Source: the human T2T-CHM13v2.0 reference genome, Homo sapiens. From it: a stretch of DNA of 64,000 nt. Position 1 is the first letter of the stretch. Each line of letters begins with the position of its first letter. The translations under genes were made by a program, and so were the position numbers. The stretch lies in assembly GCF_009914755.1 (NCBI RefSeq), contig NC_060932.1, one strand, 5' to 3'. Of this stretch, positions 11,791 through 23,582 are shown piece by piece. The notes below the pieces were generated by a model. The model was not told where the DNA came from and ran no database searches. It saw only the letters and a program-made list of their open reading frames with translations.

Positions 11791-14379
11791 AAATTGTGAG
11801 GTAGTGTTAAATTTCCCGCTAGAACTACCATCATTAAAACACAGAGTTTGATGGAACGTGTTGCCTCAATGCAATGACACTAAGTATTTAAACGGGATGA
11901 AATAGAGTCTCTGGAGCTATGAATGACTGGAAGACTCTTCCTTCCTTCAGTTATCTGGTCATAGTGAAATAGGAAAATGTATGTTCATTCCTCTCCCAAA
12001 GGCCCTTTTTTGTATGACTTAAAAAGTGCAAAGCAGTGAGTAAGGTGGTGGTTGATGGAATGATGTCATGGGGGGCCCAGCAGGGGAGGTTTGGGGAGGG
12101 AACTCCCAGGGGTGCCTGCAGGGCCTCCTAGGATGCGAACTTGGGTTTGGGGAGAAATGGGTCTTCCACCTCTTGGCATCATCACTGTCTTAAACATGCT
12201 TGCTTAGAATCAGCTTCCTCCCAGATGCTGAAGCTAACGGCTATGTCTAAAACCAGATGGGCCAAACCTACATCACATTTTGCCTCTTAGTGGCTCTGTG
12301 CAAAAAATGCTGCCGTGTTCTTCCACAAAACAGCCATTTATCTTGCACACCATTTGCTTTGGAAACTAGAACTTAAGCAAATCAGCATCTTTTTGCAAAG
12401 TATGGAAGCACGCCCACTCAAACATTTTTCCTCTCTGATGTATTTGGCACTATTAATTCAAGCTATTCTGTAGAAATTTAAAATGAAACTTACCTCCTTT
12501 ACTCATGCTTAAGATTCTTTTAAAAGACAGGAAATGCTTTTATTTCAAGAAACTACCTTTGAGAGGCCTTCTCCCCCTGCTTTGACCCACCCTGACTTAG
12601 TGCATTTCCACTTTTCTTCCTGCAAAGGGCCTGACCCCTCAGTTTCCAGGCTCCGAGCGGTGTGGCAGGCAGAGTGGTTGGTTCCTCATGGTCTGGCCAG
12701 AGAATCATCAGTCTCGATCTGAACATGCCCAGATAATTGGGGTCATTTTCTTCGGAAGGAAAAAAATCAGCTTTTGGCACTGGCTATGCCTAAATCATAA
12801 CTTGCCTACCTCAAGAGCTATAAAAGGCAATTTAGTCGGGCTTCTAAACACGCCTCTTTCTAGTCACTGATTTAATTAGTGTAGAACATGGTACAGTTCA
12901 CTCTTTCTCAGCAGTGTGTACCGTAGAAAGCTTACCAGTCGCGTGATTATACGAAATCCTTTCCCCGCTAATGAATCCAGGAACACATTCTACCAATGTT
13001 GATGTATATGGTGCCCACCGAGTTAATTAACCTGTTTTTATCCTCTTTTTCATTAGAGTAAAATTATCAACTAACATTGTGAAAGACACAAACCAATATT
13101 TTTTAGACTTTTCACAGGCGTATCAGAATGTGAGTCTAATGAGAACTAATTCATCAAAACTAGGCTTTTCCTGCATTGCCAGACCATTAACATTATTTTA
13201 ATGTCATTAGCTCTGCTTAGCGGCAGACATTTGCAGTCATAACTGTTAGGAAACACAGCGTAATGTTTTGCAGATCTCATTTCAGTGGTAAAATTTCACC
13301 ACCTAAGGTCTTGATAAATGCATCTAGCACTTTCCTTGGCAAAAATATTACTGACATGAAAATCAGTTCAAGTGCACTGGACCCCAGAGACGTTTTTCTG
13401 TCTCCTCCCCTTTCCTAGGGGGTTTCATGTTTGCAGTGATCTTATTTTTCAGTAATTTTCTTTTCTTGTGTTTTCCTTTCAAAAATAACTTTATTGAAAG
13501 GAAGCAAGCATAAACAAGGGGAATATGGAAGAAAAGAAACAAGCAAGCAGGAAAAAGAAATAAGGAACTAAAAATGTGCATACATGGATATGCACCAGTA
13601 TCAAACCAGATGGCTTCATGTGGATATTGTAAAGATCGAATGCCTCGAGGTAATGTAAGGGGTAATTGTGAATCACTACGGCGTCGTCCAAGCAAAAGGG
13701 AAAAGAGAAAATGCCTTGCAAAGCAAATGACACTAATGTCAGGTTTGAAGAGCTGAGTTACTGACCTGGGGTGAGTTTGTGAGATCCCCCAGCACAGCAG
13801 AACAGCCAGGACCAGGCGTGGAGATGTGCCAGTATTTGCCCCCAAACGAATACATCGAGACACGATTTTATCCAGATGCCCCTCTCTTCCAACTGATCAA
13901 AGTAGTAGGTGTCACTCACTTCTACCGTAAATTTGTGCATATTAATGATTTCCCTTATTCAAAGACAAGGCAGGGAAAATTGATCAGAAGAAAACTGAGA
14001 AACTAAATTAAGCAATTTTTCATTTATTTTCTGCTAAGTTTCTTGTTTCTTTTCTTCTTTCATCGCAATCACAAGAAAAGACAGAAATAGATTAACCATC
14101 CATAAAAACCCCAGCAGCCAGTTACACTGCCACGGAAGAGGCCGGGACTAGCTTTCCAGGCCCCTCCGCAGTCGAGGACCGAGCTGCCTTTTCTCCCGGA
14201 GTCGGTCAGGATTTCCAGTCCTCACTGTGGCCGGGCACCCTCTATAGTCCTGCCGTCCATCCCGCCCTAAAATAAGACTGTGGGCCTGACAAAGGCCCGG
14301 GGTGCCTTGGAGTTAGGATTTCAGCTGCCGCTCTGCTCTTCCACCCTCCAGTGTCTGCTACCTGGACGCGCAGTGTCCT

Positions 14380-14716
14380 CGGCCTACAGGAACCATGTCT
14401 CTCTTCTTACTGTTTCTCCTCACTGCAGCCCCTCACCAGGACGTGAATGGCTACTTCTTCCCGGGCCTTGTCCCTCCCTCCCATCCTGCTTCTGTTCCCA
14501 CTCATTCTCGCAGGCCTCTGCCTGGGCACCAGCACCTCTCACCCTGGCCACTGCCTTCGTCGGAGGGGCCGTCTTAAACCCTGCCTGGGTCCCGTCCCCT
14601 GGGTATCCCTGGGGCAGCGGCTGGCCGGGTCCCGTGTCCCCTGCGTCTCTCCTCTGCCCAGCACACACCAGGGTTTCTAGGAACGCTTGCTGGATGAGTG
14701 AACAGATGCGTGAATG
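14380..14716 (+). mobile_element. L2 3' end (GC-rich, degenerate)
   Basis: Ends GCTTGCTGGATGAGTGAACAGATGCGTGAATGA, like the L2 (TGAA)n tail. Confidence 0.45.
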
Positions 14717-14889
14717 ACTTGTCGCTTCTTCTTCTTGTGGCTGCACTCCGTCTTCCCGGAGGGAGTGGTTTCCAACACGCTTTCTTGGCCTCTCTGGAAA
14801 GTCCCACCGCTTCCTGCGAGGGGCATCCGGGCTGGGGGGTCTCCCCGGATGGTCTCCGAGTGGAGCTCTTGCCAGGGGGCTGCTAGCTG

Positions 14890-15900
14890 GGATCGCGGCG
14901 GGCGTACCGGCTTCCCTGGGAGTCTTTTAGCAACCTTAGAAAATTCACTCTCGGAATCTTGGAGGGAACTTTTCTAAAGAGTTTCCATGGCAGGAGGCTG
15001 TTGACGACAGCATATGTGATGTGTGATGTGTGATGTGTGGTGCAGGCTCGCAGGTTGCAGGGTAGCCCCAGCTCTCACCACATCTGGCCGGGGTTTTGCT
15101 TCGCGATGGGCGCGGTCTTTCCGGACTCCGAGACCCCCAGGCCCCTCCGAGGCCCCCAGGCCCCTCCGAGGCTTCCCAGCGCTTCTCACTTCCCCGTCCG
15201 CGCGGGCTGCGTCCCTGGAGCGCGGGGCCTTGGTCGGTGGGGCTGGGACGCCCCGGTTCGGGGGCAGGTGCTGCAGGCATTCGTGGAATGAACACACGAT
15301 CTCGAGTGGGCGAGCGGCGTGTGTGGAGAGGAAGATGAGGAAGGACGCGCTGTCTGCATCCAGCGGCGGGGGAGGCCAGTATGCAGAGGCCGAGGGAGCT
15401 TCGGGGCTCGGGGAGGCTGGGTGGGCGTCCCGTTCCTGCGCTGCCCCTGACGGAGTCCCCGTCGCAGAGGGCCTGTGGGCCGGTGACTTTCTGCAGCTGC
15501 TGCTGCGTCCCTGACACCCGCATGGCTGATGCCCCTCCCGCCATTAAGCAAGGAAAGCTCTTGGTACAGCCGAGCCCTGTTTCAGGGGCCGCAGGTGCAG
15601 GGGCTTCCCTAGGAGCCTCCCCTGGGCTTGGCTGTGTGTGAATCACCGGGGCTGCAGCTCTCAGACCCTCCCTCTGCCGCCGGGAGCGGCCGCTTCAATG
15701 AACCTGAAACCCAGGACCCGGGTAGGTCTCCTCCTCCTTCCCGTTTTGGCGCTGCTTACCCAAGGAGAGCCAAAGCCACTCCTGAGGAGAGGATGGGAGC
15801 TGCAGAAGCCTGGTGGCCCGGAGGAGAGTTGGGGAGGCGGCGGTGGCCTCACTCTGGACGCCCCTGGGTCTGGCCGTGGGCCGTGGCACACACAGTGTCC
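14890..15900. promoter_or_regulatory. CpG-island-like region
   Basis: Very GC-rich with dense CpG (CGCGGCGGGCG, GCGGCCGC NotI site, CCGCGCGG). Includes a 19-bp tandem (CCCCCAGGCCCCTCCGAGG) at ~15134-15175. Confidence 0.7.
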
Positions 15901-16033
15901 CTGTCAGGCCTCACACGGTGCCAGGCCACACGCTCACGTCTCCATCTCACCTGCCTGGGTGGCACAACCCGTCACACAAGAAGTCAGGCGTCTTTAGGAG
16001 TGGCCCCGACTCCCCCAAATCCCGGCCACGCTC

Positions 16034-16248
16034 TAGCTCAGCGCCCCTGCTCAGCCCCCCAGCCCAGCACCCCAGCCTAGCGTCCCAGCCCAGCGCCCCA
16101 GCCCAGCGCCCCAGCTCAGCGCCCCAGCTCAGCGCCCCAGCCCAGCGCCCCAGCTTAGCGTCCCAGCCCAGCACCCCAGCTCAGCAACCCGGCTCAGCGA
16201 CCCGGCTCAGCACCCCAACTCAGCACCCCCGTTTGGTGCCCCAGCTCA
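16034..16248. repeat. C-rich CCCAG/CAGCGCCCCAGCT low-complexity repeat
   Basis: Repeated CAGC(G/A)CCCCAGC(T/C). G-rich on the minus strand. Confidence 0.9.
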
Positions 16249-17314
16249 GGATCCCCGGCTGGTGCTGACGTCTCCTTTTTGCTTTGTTCCCAGGTGGCAT
16301 TTTTCATCCAGCTTCATTCACACTGAGAGAGGTTGGTAGAAAGGTTCTGATTTCCACGCGAAGATGAGGAGGCTGACTCAGGAAGGCCCTGCCGTCCACT
16401 CAGGGTTCCCAGTCGGTCCATCCTTGAGTTCCTTGTCTTCACCGTGCTTAATTCTCCACTGTTACAGCTCCTCCCCCGAGTCCCCTCCAAGTTTCAGGCA
16501 GGCCAGGGCCCCAGGCTCTCAGTGGTACCTTCAGTGGAAGCCTCTGAGGGACTCGGTGGTGTCAGTTAATTACAGAAGTTTTGACAGACTTTGGTTTATC
16601 CTTTGGTCTTTCCTGGGCTTGTGGATTTACTGGTGACCGCGGGGAAAAGTTCTCTCTCTTTAGCTGTGATCAGCCTGTGGGTTCCGTGCCCCGTGTGTGA
16701 AGCAGTTCCCGGGAGCATTCACGCGATTCCCCAGACACGCTGGAGGATGTCCTCTCGTGGCACAGATGCGGGCTGTGATGTTCAGAGATGGCCTGCTCAG
16801 CCATTTCACCGATGGATGCACTTCCAGCGACGACGGCCCTCAGGGAGTTCGAGTCCTCTTGAGAACTTGTTGTTTTTAAGAGTACATGCTAGGAATGGTA
16901 GAATCATAATTAGAAACCAAATTTTGCAATGTTTTTCATTCCCTTTCAGTCTAAAGTTTTCATTCCCATCTCCCAGCCCCTGAAGACCCATCTTAGATTT
17001 AGACTAAATTACGTGGGCCTTTCAGAACCAATCAGGCTGTGCTCTGTGTCCCGGCTCCCAGAGCAAGACCAGCCAACGGTGGCGCTGTGTTTGTTCTGGG
17101 GCTGTTCTCACCTGTGTGTCCTCTTTGGCAAATGTACTGTAGGAAGATAATTCTAAAACTCTAATACAAATAATAATAGGCTCTTAATAAAAATAACACA
17201 TGGCACCATGACAAGAGAACGTCAGCCACCCACCTATGCGTGGAGCTTCGTCATTTGAAAAGCCTTTTCAACACAAGGTCATCCTGGGATCGGAGGGAGG
17301 CGATGAGGGCACTT

Positions 17315-17530
17315 CCCATTCACTGAGCACAAAGCATGTCCCAGGCGCTATCTCAGATGCTGCCGGTGTTCCGTCTTGTTTAGTCTTCTGGGCACCTTGT
17401 GTACGTCAACAGTTATCATCCACACTGTTCACTGTGCCTTCAAGAGTATCAGGAGTTATACAAGAGACAGATTCCAGTTTTACAGAGGAGAATCCTGGGC
17501 ACCAAAGTGGTTAAATCATGGCCCACCCTA
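17315..17530 (-). mobile_element. MIR fragment
   Basis: CATTCACTGAGCAC..ATGTCCCAGGC and CCAGTTTTACAGAGGAG core. Confidence 0.45.
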
Positions 17531-20500
17531 GCTTATGGCACTGTGCAGCTCCACAGCTGCCCCTTGCAGGTTCCGCCTGAGCATTTAGTTTTTCTAATAG
17601 ACCATGCTGCTTCGTATTTACAGCTATTAATCTAAAGCTCATGTAACTCAAACATATTTGGTCAGCCTAAATTTGCCAGTTTGAATAAGCTATATAATGA
17701 TTTTGTGGCCAATATAACTTTTTGAATTAAAATGAGGCAATGTAAAAAATTGCCATTATGGTGCATTATACTGAGGAAGCAGCAGACGTCATTATGTGCG
17801 TACATGTATCTGTGTGTTATATGTGCATGTATGTATGTACATATGTAATCTAATTCCCTCAGTAGACAGTGTGTGTGAAGATGTTTTATTGACTTATATT
17901 TGAGATTGCCAACTTTTACTGTATGCTTGATTTGCAATTAGTGTCACTATACCTTGGATCATTGGGGTTTATTAATGTAATAATTATACCTTTCCAGTGG
18001 TGTGTATGTGAGTGGCTTTCTAAAGATAGTGTTTTCCTATATATAAACTGCTCTCTTTTCATGGCTTTGGACGATACCTGTGAAATGAATGGTTTATGTG
18101 GAAGCCCTGTATGGTGCCAGGTTGTTTGAACCCGCAGACGGCCGTTGCACTCTGTGTTTAGTGAGTGACGCCGTCCACGGCAGCTTTGACCTTTGTGGGC
18201 TGCGCACCCAGAGCCACGCGGGTCCTGGTGGCTCCGAGTCACACAGACCCCTTGAAGTCTCCTCCATGATTCTGTCCACATCGACAACTGCACAGTTTTT
18301 TTTCTTGTGTGTTGGTCACTTTGGGGACCCCGTTAGTGGGATTCTTACTTCCTATTTTCCAAAGGACATGCTTAGAGGGTTCGGCCTGACCAGTGGAACT
18401 GAAAATGAGTAAAATCAAAGGAAACTTGCATGGACTGACCCCTCTTAAAGGTACAGAACTTTGTATGTTTTTCTCTTCCTTTCCCTGTATTTCTGCAGAG
18501 ATGAAAACACTTTCTTGTTAACCTCGATGTCAGTGAGCTTTACCCAGGAGCCACACTGCTCTGTTACCCTTGAGGAGGGAAGAACGTAGACCTGGTCATT
18601 TGACACCTTTAAGGGATTTGTGTGATCCTTGGAAAGATGTCTGATAAAAAATACAGACAAGGTTGAGGTCTCTGCATTTAGTCAAAGCTATTATAAATGT
18701 GAGCAATTGTTTTGGTTCTTGTTCCATCTATGAAATCAAATTACTGCTTTATCTGTCTCAAGAGTCTCCTGTTGTTTAATCCTTTAAGGAAACTTGTAAT
18801 TAAACAATGTAAGAAGAGGTATAAGGGATACTGATTTTGATTTTCAGGAAATCGTTTACTTTCAGGACTGATTTATTCTGTGGGATCAAAAATGCATCTC
18901 AGAGCCCAGGTTAGTGAGATGTATCGTATGTCGACAATTAATACGCAGTTATCAGAGTTCCTTACGTATGGAGCATTGCACTTGGTTTATGGAGACACTG
19001 GATTTTTAGTTATTAGAGTTTTTACTAAGATGTGTTCTAAACAACTCACGAAGCAGCACACTCTTCTGTGTATTTAATTTTTCTATCTAGATTTGTACAA
19101 CAGAGAAAGAATACCTGCATCTATCAAAAATATCTCAGAATGGAAATATTGGGATACTTTGGTTATTTTATATACATTTTCATTCCGCAGATGGCTGGTG
19201 CAGTTAGTTATACGGAGTTTGAGGCTATACGATTTCAGTCATACATTGAAAAATACTAGTGAAGTATTCAAGGAACGAATGAAAAGTTGCTCTGTGTTTA
19301 TTGATTGATTACCTGGAACAAGGTTGAACACAGCCCCCGCAGGGGTGTCTGTCTACAGGCCCCCCAACCCCTGAAGGAGGCATGGACACCAGGCTGTAGA
19401 ATGCTGCTCCCACCTCCCTGTGAGATTAGAACAAAATTTAAATAAGCATCACCTGAAAGGTCTTGGCGTTGTGGAGGCGTCTTTAAGTGTGAGGAGGCAG
19501 CACCACCTGCACGCTGTTTGTGATGACCGTCGTCGTAAACTGAGCCCCCACGGCACCTCACAGGCGGAACTTCCATCTCCCACAGCCCGGAAGCTGACGC
19601 CGCGGCCCGTGGGTTCGGAATTGCTCTGAATCGCTGTGCACTATTTGGCAATGTAAAACTGAGGCTGCTACTTAGAAGTAGTCAGTTCACCGTAGAAAAC
19701 ACCTGTATAAATAGCACAGTTTTTCAGCTGGGTGGGGACCTAGGCATGGAACCACGGCTTTGACATGCCCTCGGCAGTCAGTGATTGACAGGTCCCGTGC
19801 CTGGTTAGCAGGGTCCTTCTGGAGAGTCTGAGGATCAGCCCCGCCCCAAACTCGGGGCAAGGAAGTGCTGGTCTTTGCCTTAAGGTTTTCTGGGATGTGG
19901 GCGCGGGCGTGAGTGTGCACGTGTGCATAATTTTCTCTAGCCTTGGAGGTGCTTTTTATTCAGCTAGGGGAATCTTTTGTGGTCATTTTTTCGACTGCAG
20001 ACTGAGAAGGACGTGGTCCACGTGTTTTTGCTTTGGATGCCTTTATCTTACACTCATTATTTTGCCAGTTTGGGGAGTAGCAACTTAGTTCTATGTACAG
20101 GCCTTGGAGGAGATGGCTGCTCTCCGCTGGGCCCCATTCGTTTTTATTTAAATGTGTGTGTAATGAGGCTAACTCCAGGACAGTGCGGACCCTAACATCA
20201 GCATGGTGCAGACCACAAAGTGTAAAGCCACCCCGAGCCTGGCTCCTTCCATGCAAAGCCTGGCAAGGAAGGCGAGGAAGCCTGGCAGGGATGGTTTTTT
20301 CACCACCTCGAAGACCAGCACGCGATTCCGCCTCTAGTTTGACTGTTTTTGTTGTTTAAATCTGAGTCTAGCAATCAGGTAAGTAACTAAAGACTGGCCG
20401 TCATCGGGGTTTTTCACCTAAGGAATTATTTTACCCCATAGCTGTGGCAAAAATAGCCACCAAGATGTTGGTGAATGTATTTCATAATTGGATACTATTC

Positions 20501-22539
20501 TAATGCATTTACTTATATCCAACTTATTCCTGAAGGTACTTAAAAAATTGATAAGACACTTTGCCTATTCCAGCAGGTTTACTTTTATGGCTGTTATTAC
20601 TAAATTATCAGCAGTGAGGAATAGAAAACGGCCTTACATTTATTAACAGTTTGCATTATGTCAGCTTGTAAACACATCGATGTATCCTACTATGCAGAGA
20701 TGTCTTTGTGGCTGGCATGGATAGAACCATCAGCTGGTTTTAAATACACAAGCTGACCACACCAGCCCAGGGCCTGGTGTGGAACAGGCATGAACTAGGT
20801 GTTGTAGGAAAGGAGATGGTAAGTGGAAAGGCGGGCTTAACGTTTTACAGGCAGGTGGAAGATTTCACTGAGCTTCTCAACTTCCTGATCAAAGGTTCTC
20901 TCTGGAACAGAGATCAAAAGGCTTTAAATGCTGGCAGAGGGCTCAGCGATCTTGCAAACTGGCTTAAGAGTGAGGGACAAATTCTGTTGGGATGTGTGGG
21001 GGCCGGCACAGGGAGAAGACCTCCTAGCAGACACACACTCACATTTCAGGTAGAAAATCGGCGCCTTCCCAAACTCCGCTCCACAGAATGAGCTGATGAG
21101 ACTCGGCCCTGGAGTCATGCACATGGTGGTGGGGTTTGAACGCCTGTAGGGAAATGGAGCCTACCTAGGGCTCACACCAGGGGTCCATGTCTCTGTCTCA
21201 GGGCACGTATGGTCCAGCCCCGTGGAGCTGTCCTGTGTAGATGAAGCCTCCCCCGGGTGCCATGGTGCACCCACGGGGCTCCTGGAGGCCTGCTGGGGAT
21301 AGACAGAGGCCACATTGGTGCCTCTTGGTGGCTTCCTGTGCTCACGGCCTGCAGGTGCCCTCTGGAGCACAAGCTCGAAGGAGACGTGGTTCCCACCCTT
21401 GGGGCTTTAGGTATAGAGAGGAGATCCGTGTGCCAAGTCAGGGGTGCGTCAGAGTCACCTGAGGGCCTTCCTGCTAGAATGCAGGTGCCTGGGCCTGGCA
21501 AGATGCACTGGCTGGACCAGCGGCCCGTGAGGGGAGCCCGGAGCCTGCGTTTGCAGCAGAAGTTCCAGCTGATTCTTATCTCATTAATGCCCGTAAGCCC
21601 GTGGGGCAGATTCCACAGGAGGCTACGGAGGCAGGAAGCCCTCCCGGCAGCAGGGGCGGCCAGTGCTGCAGAACTCGGAGGCGAGGGAGGCGGCGATTCA
21701 TCCATTTTGAATGGAGAGTGTCGTTATTCATTTATTCATTTCACAAATATTTGCCAGTGTTTACCCTGCACCGGCGTCTGCGTAGGTGAGTCTGACTCCA
21801 TTACATGTTTGTTTCTAGCCAGCGTGAATTGAGCAGTGGCTGAAACAACACACACTGGTGGTGGAGACGTCTTAGGTAGAAGAGAAAGAATATTGTTTTC
21901 AATAGGAAAATGCATCAGTTAAAGCAGTCTGTTTCTACTCGTGGAAGAGAAATATGCAACTCACTGCTAGCATCACTAGGAACAGAGACCATAAATACAG
22001 AGAAAATTAAGCAGGTTTTAAAATGATCAAAATATAAACTATCCAGTAGTCTGGTAATAGTCAATGACATTCAGAATAAATGATGTGCAATGTGAGCGTG
22101 CATAGCTTGAAGTTCCATCTTAGGGCTTAGAAGGTTGAGTGTTTTCTGGATATATTTTTATTTCATAATATTAATTCCATAATATAGTTTAGTGTGCAAA
22201 CAGCCCCAGGGAGTGACTGGGAAGATTCAGCCATGGAGGCTGTGTCCGTTGTCTGTACTGTGTCTGTTGTCTGTACGGCGCTGTGGCCGCCAAACGGCCC
22301 AGTTCTGATCTCGGGAGGTCCCCTGGGTGCTGCTGTGGGCAGATGCTAGCCCCGGCACGGGGGCACCAGAAGAGGGTGCTGGGCTGGGGTCCACGATGGC
22401 TTGTCCTCCGTTTGCTCAGCTGAGGGGGCTGCCATCTGGGGAGGAAAGTCAGAGCTTGGTAGAAGGCACCTGAGGCCCTCAAGGAATCCCATCCACCTGG
22501 GAGCTTTGGTGTTTGGTGTAGGACTCCGAGGTGAGGCCC

Positions 22540-23470
22540 TGGAGTGTGAACGTGGAGTCCTCGGCTGGTAAGAGGCCCGGGGCTGCGGCGTGTTGGGGTG
22601 ATCGTGTGTCTTGTCCCCTCCTCCTGTCCTCCGTGGCCAGGACGCACGTGCACTGAAACTAGCGCCAGTACCGGAGGCCACTGACGTGTCTGTGCCAGTG
22701 AAAAACTGACGATGGCAGCTGCGCCTCCTCCCAATCGCCTCCCTCTGGGGAGTCCCCTGTTCTGAGATATTAAACTCCCAGACGGGACCACGCGGGCTGT
22801 GCCGCACCCCCTGCCTGCTGCCGGCCTTCCCGGGGTGTCGTGTTCCCTTCGCCTCCGCTCAGCGGGTCCGCGGGTCCGGCTGGAGACGGGCGGCCCCACG
22901 CTGGGCGAGGGGAGGCCTGTGTCCGATGCTCTGGGACCCTTCCCTGCAGGAAGCAAACTCTGTGGATGCCAGTGACAATTATTTATTCACCAAGATTCCA
23001 AAGACTCGGGAGCTGTAGGATTTGGGATTCATTAGCGAGTGTGAGCAAGGTGCTTTTGGGGCAGAGAGCTGCGTGAGCCAAGAACGCGGTTGTGTAACTG
23101 ACCCCGGAAGCGCAGGGCCCGGGAGAGGCTGCAGGCGGCCGCCTGGGGAGGGCCGGGGATCGAGAAAACGCTTCAGGAGCTGCTTGTAATGACTGGGCAC
23201 ATTCGGTGGTAATTGGTGTTGGTGGGAGTAACGCGGCCGCCGCGGGTGCAGGACTTTCCTGCCTTCTGTTTTCTAAATGGCAGCGGTGAGGAAGCAGCTG
23301 CCCGCGGGGTGTGCTTGGGTACGGAGGCTCAGGAGCTCTGCTCAGCACTGCGGCTGCCGACACGTCCTTGCTGTTGGGCTCCCTTCAGGAGAGAAAGTCC
23401 GGCGTCCGCGGGCCCTGGCTTCCTCCGGGTGAGGTGGTGGAGCCGCCTGCCAGGCCTCCTAGACGAGAGC
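22540..23470. promoter_or_regulatory. CpG-island-like region abutting the 50-bp VNTR
   Basis: High GC and CpG. GCGGCCGC twice (~23135, ~23233) and CCGCGG several times. Confidence 0.65.
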
Positions 23471-23582
23471 CCTCTAAGACTCAGTGTTCAGGGTTTTTCT
23501 TAGACGAGACGCTTTCCTTCATCTCCTCTAGTGAGACTCGGTCCTTAAGGCTGACGCTGGGGCCGTCTTCTCTTCCCTGTGC

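Noticed and set aside
14866-14888. CTCF-like motifs (TGCCAGGGGGCTGC; also ~22428 and GGCCACCAG in the 58.3-kb VNTR)
   Set aside because: Only partial matches by eye, which are common in GC-rich DNA. Needs PWM scoring and ChIP data.
14280-16268. Overlapping 100-230-aa ORFs in the CpG island (likewise 21172-23703, 54420-55429, 61462-62376)
   Set aside because: GC-rich DNA is stop-poor. The ORFs occur in all frames, are Pro/Gly/Arg/Ala-rich and have no recognisable domain.
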